DNA from: a virus
Taxonomy: Duplodnaviria; Caudoviricetes
IMG/VR virus record: IMGVR_UViG_3300014499_000008
Span: 1-55,533 of that record
DNA length: 55,533 bases
Direction: 5' to 3' (one strand)
In this document: in pieces, positions 48,529-55,533 of the stretch
How the letters are laid out: each line of letters starts with the position of its first letter
How positions within the stretch are numbered: position 1 is the stretch's first letter
Notes under the pieces: model-generated
The model's input: only the letters and a program-made list of their open reading frames with translations
What the model was told of the DNA's origin: nothing
Database searches by the model: none
Made by a program: the position numbers and the translations under genes

Positions 48529-49080
48529 ATGAACGGAACACTCGATCAACAGCGGGCAGCAATGGGAGTCGGTGCTGGCTCACCAAGTAAGAAACCCACC
48601 GAGCGCGTCTGGAAGATGTTCACCGACGAGGAGCGTGTCAAGGCGATCAAAGCCGAGCGCGTGACTATTACCATTGGCAGCGGTGCGGAGGCGCGTGAGG
48701 TCGTGATCAGACCGCTGAACCCGCGCACGCTGGTGACATCGTACGCTCTGATCCAAGCCATCCTCGTGCCCTTGATCAAAACGTTTGAGCCGGGGCCGGA
48801 TGGAAGTCGTCGTGATGTGAGCATGCAGTCGATCTTGACATCACTGGGCGACAACATTGACAAGCTTCCCGAACTCATTTACGTCATCTTGAAGCGGGGC
48901 AACGAGATTAGCAAAGAGTGGATCGATGACAATCTCGACATCTTGCTCGATCTGCAGCTTATCATTCCCTTGTTCCTCGAACAGAACGGACTCGGGAAGC
49001 TGATGGGAAACGACCAACCTCCGGTCGGCCCGACGCTTACACCGGAGGCAAGCGGCGAATCCCAGCAGACGGCGGCGTAA
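48529..49080 (+). CDS. Tail assembly chaperone G (start likely 48529)
   Basis: Between tail tube and tape measure; slippery GGGAAAC near 3' end. Confidence 0.7.
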   Translation: MNGTLDQQRAAMGVGAGSPSKKPTERVWKMFTDEERVKAIKAERVTITIGSGAEAREVVIRPLNPRTLVTSYALIQAILVPLIKTFEPGPDGSRRDVSMQSILTSLGDNIDKLPELIYVILKRGNEISKEWIDDNLDILLDLQLIIPLFLEQNGLGKLMGNDQPPVGPTLTPEASGESQQTAA

Positions 49081-49454
49081 CAAGCGGAGTCTATTTCCTC
49101 TGCCGCTGGTATGGTTGGACCGAGACGCACGTCTGGGACGAAATGACGTTCATGCAATTCCTCATCGCGATCGAGGAAATGCAAACGCAACAGCGGGCGG
49201 AGAATGGAGTCACAGAAATTGTCATTGGCATAATCGGTGAACCGGCGTTTGAAGAGAAGGATGAACAAACCGATCTAACGGCGCTGGGGACGGCGTTCCT
49301 CGATGCTGGCCCAGTGACGAACACCAGTATCGATGATCTGCCCGATGATGTACGCAGTATTCTCCTGGCAGAGCAGCATCGCAAAGTCTCCGGTGTGATA
49401 TTACCAAGCAGCTTCTACTCACGAGATAAGGTTCAAAAGAACGATGGCAAGTGA
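49005..49454 (+). CDS. Tail assembly chaperone T part, reached by -1 frameshift at G GGA AAC (49005-49011)
   Basis: -1 frame open from 49005 into the 49143 ORF, with CRWYGWT..VWDEM motif. Confidence 0.75.
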   Translation, partial: GKRPTSGRPDAYTGGKRRIPADGGVTSGVYFLCRWYGWTETHVWDEMTFMQFLIAIEEMQTQQRAENGVTEIVIGIIGEPAFEEKDEQTDLTALGTAFLDAGPVTNTSIDDLPDDVRSILLAEQHRKVSGVILPSSFYSRDKVQKNDGK

Positions 49455-52400
49455 CGCCGAGATTAGCGTAATCGCAAAGCTCGAAGCAAACATCTCGGAT
49501 TTCATGACCAAGATGGATGATGCTGTTGTCAAGATGCAAGAAACGATGAAGAAAGCATCTGAGGCAGCAAATGAGGGCGGTGAAAAGGTAACCGAGGGGC
49601 TGAACAAAGTTGCCAAAGAGTCGCGCAAAGCTGGTGAGGAAAGCGGCAAGAACTTCGGCGAAGGCTTAAAGTTGATGCTCGCAGCGGTTGCGACGACGTT
49701 TCTCGATCAGCTTCATGAAGCGTTTGGTGAAGCAAGTGAGATGGCAGAACGGCTAAAGAACGCTGCCGCACAGACTGGTGATTCGCCTGAAGGAGTGCAG
49801 AAGCTTGGGTATGCGTTTGCTACAACAGGATTAAGCATTAGCGAAGCTACCAATTCAATCGTCATGTTTCAGCGGCGCATTGCTGACGCCGCTTCATCCG
49901 GTACCGGCAAGTCTATCTTTTCGCGTGTTGGTCTTGATCCTGCTCAAATGGCAAAGAATACCGGCGCAGAGAACATCGCACTGATTGCAGAAAAGATGCG
50001 TAATCTGAGTAATGCCACAGAGCGTTCGCAGCTTTCAATGGCAGCATTTGGTCTAACCGGCGAGCGAATGATTCCCATTCTTATGAAGGGCGGTGACGGT
50101 CTAAAGGAACTCGAAGGCGAAGCTAATGCTGCTGGCGCAGTGCTCAGTGGCCCCGCCGTGGAAGCGCTTGATTCATTGCGCGAGAAATTGAATCAGCTTG
50201 GAGCAACGAAGCAAGTTTTCAATGCTTCATTTATTGCACCATTTGCTGATGCGTTCGAGCGTGTCGCAGACAGTATTCAACGTGTGTATGCGGCATTTGT
50301 TCATTTAGCTGACGATACGAAGCTTGCAGTTATCTTCGGTACGGTTACGGCAGTGGTTGGCTTAGCTGCAGAGGGGTTTGAAGCATTTCGTCCGATCTTG
50401 GGAAGTCTTGTCAGTAAAGAAGTTCTTGATAGCCTTTTGAATTTCTCTGGCTTCATAACACGGATTGTCACGGTTGTTGGTATTCTGGGTGTTGCTTGGG
50501 CGACGAACTTTGGCGGTATGCGCGTGTTCGTTGGGCAGGTGATTATCGCAATTGAGGACTTCTTTCAACATGCTATGAGTGCGTTTAATGCGATAGCGCA
50601 GAGCGCGCAGTCGATTGTCGGCCCGTCGTTCGAGCGGTTATCGTCGGCAATCAAAGATGTGCTGATTGCAATCGGCGACATGCTAGAAGTCATCAGTTCC
50701 AACAATGATGCATGGTCACTTCTGGAAGATGCGGCGAATGTCGTTCTTAAAGTTCTGTCCGTATTGATCGATATAGCGACTCGCATTATCAATGTGTTCA
50801 AGAACGGTGTCGGTCCTGCGTTGACCGGCGTAGCGGTAATTCTGTCAGCAGTGTTCTTGCCTGCAGTTCTTGCTGCTGCGACTGCGGTGTTAGAGTTCGT
50901 AGCGTACGAAGTCATTATGCGTGTTGCGCTATTCGGTCAAGCAATTCTTGATCTTATTCCGAAGATTCAAGCCATGTGGTTTGCGTGGATTGCAGGTGAG
51001 GATATAGCTTTTCCACCGCTGTTAATCTTTCAAGTCATACTAGTTGCAGTTGGTGCCGCAATCCTGGCAATAGGTGCGAATTGGAACACGATCGGGCCGA
51101 TCGTCTATATGTGGTTATCGCATATCGAAGATTGGGTCGTGAAAGTGAACCTCGTACTTGCTGATTGGTTAGAGTGGTTGGCGAAGCTTCTCAAGGTTGT
51201 CCCCTTTATGGGTGGCATGGCTGACGCTATTCAGAAGATTGCGGATAACACCCGCGATGCTGCTGGCGCTGCGGAGGATGCGGCGGTCAAGTATTTCGAT
51301 CTTGCAAACGCTATGAAAACAGGTGCGGGTCAAGCTGATCTTGGTAATGCGAGCTTCGGTACGTGGAAAGATAAAGAGCCTGAGCCTGGTAAAGACCATA
51401 TCGCTACAGGTAAGAAAGAGAAAGAAAAAGACACAAACTCAGAGGCGTTGAGGGCGCTCGAAGAAGCTCTTTTCAAGTATCAAGAAGCGATTCGACAGAC
51501 ACAAAACTCACTCTCTGAGTTGAAGCTCAAGCAAGAAGCACTGGGTAAGATCGGTACACCAGCAGAGTTGAATGAGTGGAGTTACCTAGAAGAACGAATC
51601 ATTGGTAAGCAACACCTGCTTGCGCAACAACAGCGCGATGAAGCGCAACAAGATTTACGGAATGCTGCAGCCGCTAAAAGACTGATTCATCCTGGCGCAA
51701 AAGCTGGTACGCCGCAAGCGCGCGACAATGATGCGGATATAGCCGCAGTGTATAAATATCGAACCGCTGCGATGAATGCGTTTCTCGCATCTGACACCAG
51801 TCAGCAAAAAGCAAAGACTGATGAAATTGAGATGTACGCGAAGCAGGTCGCGTTCTATAAAACACAGTCGGGTGATAAGGATTTATCATTCAAGGTTCGT
51901 GAAGCTGCGCTTGTTAAATCGATCGCGCTGGAAACGCTAAATATCAAGATGACTGATGCCGATCGCGTGCGGCAGCATCGTGAGTTTCTCGCGATACGAG
52001 AAGAAGAGCTAAAACAAGCTCTTGACCTACAGAAAGCCAAAGATGATGTGAGTGTTGCGAACATTGAAGCTGTAAAGTCAGTGCGTGATGCGACACCGTT
52101 GGATAAAGAAAATCCGAACGCCGCTCACTATCGTGCGATAGTTGATGCTCAAGGTGCCGTTGATGCAGCGCAGGCAAGGTTTAATGATGCGCATGCGGCA
52201 GTAACCGCTGCTGATACAATCCGAATGAATGCCGAGAATGCGCAGCGAAACGCGCCTGCTGATCAGCGGCCAAACTACGATGCACTTGTTGCTGAGGCTA
52301 CGGTCAAGGACAGCGCAGCAATTGTTGCGGGGACGCAGGCTACTGCTGCGCTGACGGTTGCACAGTTAGCTTTGAAGCAGGCGACATTAGCTTTGACTCC

Positions 52401-54204
52401 GGCGCAGCAGGCTTGGCATGACGGATTGCAGTCGATCATTGCACAAATTGCTGGCCCCTTTATGGCTGCAATCAAGAACATACAGAACGGTATGAATCCC
52501 CTTGCGGCACTGTTCTTAGCATTGTTTCAAAAGAGTGCAAGCTTCAATGACATTATGATTATCATGGGGAAGGTTGTTGATCAGGTTGCACGGATATTCG
52601 ATGCAATGCGCCCGATCATCGATTTCTTGTTGGGTATCCTCGTCGGCTTAGTGAACGTATTCCTTTCGATGTATAACATCATCGTGAAGGTGCTCGATGT
52701 TCTCGGCTTGCAGATCAAAACCATTAAGCTTGTCACTGACAATCTTCTCGGCATGAATCAAGCAGTGCCGTTGTTGCAAGTAACGCACGATATTCCGACC
52801 ATGAATCAACTCAACACCGGGAAGATTGGTGATCTTGTCGCGAAGCAAGATGCGACGAACAGTTTGCTCGCCGGGTTCAATCAGCAGTTTGCGAATCTCG
52901 GGCAGATGGCAGGTACACTGCTTGGCATTTATGCGCTCGTCAAGATCATCACAACGTATATGGCACTGAAGGAAGCGGGCGGTATCGGCGGTGCGATCGG
53001 TAATGCATTTCCATTCCTGGCGAAGTTCTTCGGCGGCGGCGGTTCACTATCCACGCCGGGCGGCTCATCATCTATCCCAGGGATGGGCAGATCAGATACG
53101 ACCGATATTCCTGCGAGTACGCCTGCAGCCGCAGTGACAAGCGTAGCGACACCATCAAGTATAGGTGTGAATCTTCCGGCAGCAGGCTCAGGCGGTTCAT
53201 CCTCTGTCGCGGGCATGGGCACATTCGACACAACCGATATGGCTCTCACGCAGTCCCCGGCTGATTTCCAAGCCGGTATGACGACCGCCGTTCAGAACGT
53301 GTCGGCCTTACAGACGACGGCGGCGAACACGGGCGGCATCAACGCGATGAGCACCGGCATGAAGGATAGCCTTGCCGGTATGGCAGGCAACATCGTCGGT
53401 GGCTTGGTCAATAAGGCTATGGGCGGCAACGCGACCGATGCAGCCGCCTTGGGGGGCCTCGGCGGGGCCGTTGGCGCGATCTTCGGCGGGCCGCTGGGCA
53501 GCGCCATCGGCTCATTCGCGGGCGAGGTGATCGGCGGCATGTTCGGCCCTCACTACAACGACAACAAGAACCCTGACATCACCAACGCGACGATCAACGG
53601 TGAACCATACGGTCAGGCGATTGCGAACCTCACCGGCAGTCAGAACATGGTCGCGAACAATCAGACGTACGCCGCACAGTCCGGTGATAGCTTCCTGCAG
53701 CAGATTTCATCGTACATCGCGGCGGGCGGTAAGGGTCTGAGTGCAAATCTCCTCAAAGAGTTCACTGGCGCAACCGGCATCGTCAACGGTAAGAACGGTA
53801 TCCTCGATCTTGCCAACGGCGTGAACCTGCAGTGGCAGCAGCTTGTCAACGATGCGAACACCGCAATGGCTCAGATCGCGAACGGCGGCAATAAGCTCGT
53901 GACCGCTACCGCAACACTATTCTCAAACGCAACGCATGTTGACATCACTTCGCTCTACGGAAATGGAACGAGCGTCACGGCGGCGGGCGGCGTGGCAGCA
54001 AATCAAAACGTCACGGCGGGGAATCAATCGTTGGGCAACTCTCAATTACAACCAGCTTCGTTTGTGGTGAACATCGCAGCAGTGCATGGGACGGATGCAG
54101 GAGCGATCACCAAGGCGTTTCAGCCGGTGTTCGCTGAGTACGCGCGGCAGTCACAGATCATCGCGCGCACACAGGCGAGCGCAGTCGGGCGGGGTGGGCT
54201 ATGA
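49444..54204 (+). CDS. Tape measure protein
   Basis: 1586 aa, Ala-rich helical, hydrophobic segments, Gly-rich C-terminus, follows chaperones. Confidence 0.92.
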   Translation: MASDAEISVIAKLEANISDFMTKMDDAVVKMQETMKKASEAANEGGEKVTEGLNKVAKESRKAGEESGKNFGEGLKLMLAAVATTFLDQLHEAFGEASEMAERLKNAAAQTGDSPEGVQKLGYAFATTGLSISEATNSIVMFQRRIADAASSGTGKSIFSRVGLDPAQMAKNTGAENIALIAEKMRNLSNATERSQLSMAAFGLTGERMIPILMKGGDGLKELEGEANAAGAVLSGPAVEALDSLREKLNQLGATKQVFNASFIAPFADAFERVADSIQRVYAAFVHLADDTKLAVIFGTVTAVVGLAAEGFEAFRPILGSLVSKEVLDSLLNFSGFITRIVTVVGILGVAWATNFGGMRVFVGQVIIAIEDFFQHAMSAFNAIAQSAQSIVGPSFERLSSAIKDVLIAIGDMLEVISSNNDAWSLLEDAANVVLKVLSVLIDIATRIINVFKNGVGPALTGVAVILSAVFLPAVLAAATAVLEFVAYEVIMRVALFGQAILDLIPKIQAMWFAWIAGEDIAFPPLLIFQVILVAVGAAILAIGANWNTIGPIVYMWLSHIEDWVVKVNLVLADWLEWLAKLLKVVPFMGGMADAIQKIADNTRDAAGAAEDAAVKYFDLANAMKTGAGQADLGNASFGTWKDKEPEPGKDHIATGKKEKEKDTNSEALRALEEALFKYQEAIRQTQNSLSELKLKQEALGKIGTPAELNEWSYLEERIIGKQHLLAQQQRDEAQQDLRNAAAAKRLIHPGAKAGTPQARDNDADIAAVYKYRTAAMNAFLASDTSQQKAKTDEIEMYAKQVAFYKTQSGDKDLSFKVREAALVKSIALETLNIKMTDADRVRQHREFLAIREEELKQALDLQKAKDDVSVANIEAVKSVRDATPLDKENPNAAHYRAIVDAQGAVDAAQARFNDAHAAVTAADTIRMNAENAQRNAPADQRPNYDALVAEATVKDSAAIVAGTQATAALTVAQLALKQATLALTPAQQAWHDGLQSIIAQIAGPFMAAIKNIQNGMNPLAALFLALFQKSASFNDIMIIMGKVVDQVARIFDAMRPIIDFLLGILVGLVNVFLSMYNIIVKVLDVLGLQIKTIKLVTDNLLGMNQAVPLLQVTHDIPTMNQLNTGKIGDLVAKQDATNSLLAGFNQQFANLGQMAGTLLGIYALVKIITTYMALKEAGGIGGAIGNAFPFLAKFFGGGGSLSTPGGSSSIPGMGRSDTTDIPASTPAAAVTSVATPSSIGVNLPAAGSGGSSSVAGMGTFDTTDMALTQSPADFQAGMTTAVQNVSALQTTAANTGGINAMSTGMKDSLAGMAGNIVGGLVNKAMGGNATDAAALGGLGGAVGAIFGGPLGSAIGSFAGEVIGGMFGPHYNDNKNPDITNATINGEPYGQAIANLTGSQNMVANNQTYAAQSGDSFLQQISSYIAAGGKGLSANLLKEFTGATGIVNGKNGILDLANGVNLQWQQLVNDANTAMAQIANGGNKLVTATATLFSNATHVDITSLYGNGTSVTAAGGVAANQNVTAGNQSLGNSQLQPASFVVNIAAVHGTDAGAITKAFQPVFAEYARQSQIIARTQASAVGRGGL

Positions 54205-55145
54205 CTACGGTTTACACCCCGCAATTATCATTCGGTAGCGGGGCGCAAAGGTATCTCTTCCCCGTCACGTTCCAAGAGATAAGCCGCACAGTGACACTCG
54301 CGTTCGACAAGAAAAAGATACCGTTCAACTACGGGGAGGATGTTGATCGCAACACAGGGGCGAGTGCAAGAGATATAGTCATCAGCGGCCCAGTGGGTTC
54401 ATTGATCCAAGGCAGTGTCTCACAGCAGACCAACGCCGGTATACAGCTTGCTTCGGCGGCTGATCTTGAAGCTGAGCGTAGACTCCTGGGCGGCTTGCAG
54501 CTTCTTGGGCGACAAGCATTGTACGTTGGCCCGAATCAGTACATCTTCGCCTATCTCGAATCGTTCGAGCACAAGTTTTGGCAAGATGCGTACGGTATGC
54601 GTTACGCGGATTGGACGTTGAAGTTCTACGCTGATGATCCTCGCTATTATTCCGTTTCACCGACTCTTGTCGGTTCATCTACACCCATCACCGTCAGTAC
54701 AATTCAAAGTGTTTCAGCTACGACGACAGGAAATGTGCGAGCATATCCAACGTGTACGTTCACTGCGAGCGGTGGTACTTTAAGTCAGCCATATATCGGA
54801 ATACAGCGATCAGCAGCGAACGGAAGCGGTTTGATTCAAGTTCGTTTTTCGTTGTTGAATGGGGTGAATGCAATGGTAGCCGGTTCAACGCTCGTGATCG
54901 AGTGTGATCCACGCCCCAACAAACGCTCAGTGTGCGCAGTATACACGGCACCTGGTAAACAGCCGGTGAATGCATTGATGTATCTGAATGTCGCAAACGC
55001 TGACTTCACCAACAGCTATGATCTGTCTGAGTTCTTTCCGTTTATTGAGCCTCCGCAAGTCGAAACCGGATTGACATTGTTTTATGGAGCAATAACGACT
55101 GGAAGCTATACGTTCACCGCACAATGGAATGATCGATGGCTGTGA
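54201..55145 (+). CDS. Distal tail protein (Dit-like)
   Basis: Follows TMP; FYADDPRYYS, GNVRAYP, terminal W..RWL. Confidence 0.75.
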   Translation: MTTVYTPQLSFGSGAQRYLFPVTFQEISRTVTLAFDKKKIPFNYGEDVDRNTGASARDIVISGPVGSLIQGSVSQQTNAGIQLASAADLEAERRLLGGLQLLGRQALYVGPNQYIFAYLESFEHKFWQDAYGMRYADWTLKFYADDPRYYSVSPTLVGSSTPITVSTIQSVSATTTGNVRAYPTCTFTASGGTLSQPYIGIQRSAANGSGLIQVRFSLLNGVNAMVAGSTLVIECDPRPNKRSVCAVYTAPGKQPVNALMYLNVANADFTNSYDLSEFFPFIEPPQVETGLTLFYGAITTGSYTFTAQWNDRWL

Positions 55146-55258
55146 GGTCAAATCCACAACTTCCAGTGCCTCCGGTATTAAGTTGCCTCAACCTTCTGCG
55201 ATGATTAGGTTTTGATTTGTCAAAGCCGATAAAATAGTAGGAATATAAGGAGTGCAAT

Positions 55259-55533
55259 TTGTCGATACAAATAGTTCAAATGATGCCGTGGATTAACGAT
55301 GGCTCTTCTGGTTCTAATTCGTTGAATATAACGCTCAATCAAAAGCCAAAAGTTGGTAATACTCTCGTTTGTATTGACTTGGCGTTTGAAGGTACGGATG
55401 TTGGCAACATACACTTCTACAATGGCATTACTGGCTGGACTATGCTTGGGCAAGATAGTGGAATAGATACTTGGGCAAATGGACGCTATGGTTTTACGCC
55501 GTCGATAGCAATGCGTTATGTATACGACGTAGA
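55259..55533 (+). CDS. Partial tail protein running off the window end (absent from ORF track)
   Basis: AAGGAG SD, TTG at 55259, open to end: MSIQIVQ...KPKVGNTLVCI...GWT. Confidence 0.6.
   Translation, partial: MSIQIVQMMPWINDGSSGSNSLNITLNQKPKVGNTLVCIDLAFEGTDVGNIHFYNGITGWTMLGQDSGIDTWANGRYGFTPSIAMRYVYDV

Larger units (their letters stand above)
1..55533. mobile_element. Temperate tailed bacteriophage genome segment (siphovirus-like), non-integrated configuration
   Basis: Terminase, portal, protease/scaffold, major capsid, tail tube, tape measure, integrase/Xis and an attP flanked by phage genes on both sides; no host housekeeping genes, no tail sheath. Confidence 0.95.

Overview
The window is a 55.5-kb segment of a temperate tailed phage (siphovirus-like), apparently in its excised form because it holds an intact attP. 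The packaging block spans 0.3-13.3 kb: sigma-like regulator, small terminase, GpA-type large terminase, portal, a split MuF/minor-head locus with toxin-like domains, and a neck protein. A ~2-kb structured non-coding region follows (14.1-16.1 kb), then an operon with an Acb2/Tad1-like sponge, Xis, tyrosine integrase and a MazG-like gene. Next come two divergent paralogous tail-fibre/adhesin modules (23.4-31.2 kb), attP (3' half of tRNA-Ala-GGC with arm repeats, ~31.5 kb) and a leftward block of early cassettes including ArdC. The protease-scaffold, capsid, tail tube, frameshifted chaperone, tape measure and distal tail genes occupy 41.1-55.5 kb. Three candidate novel systems stand out. (1) A shared ribosome-binding motif (A)AAGGCTAC precedes about a dozen genes, and two intergenic hairpins display its antisense in near-identical 12-nt loops, suggesting an sRNA-controlled regulon. 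(2) Putative virion-loaded effector polyproteins have zeta-kinase, ADP-ribosyltransferase(+GNAT) and metallopeptidase modules, each opened by an x-x-E protease-like site plus a conserved GxxSGxxxHxGRPGxxGGS tag. (3) A five-copy early promoter cassette has a 14-bp core that occurs in both orientations. All functional calls come from motif recognition by eye; no database searches were run.
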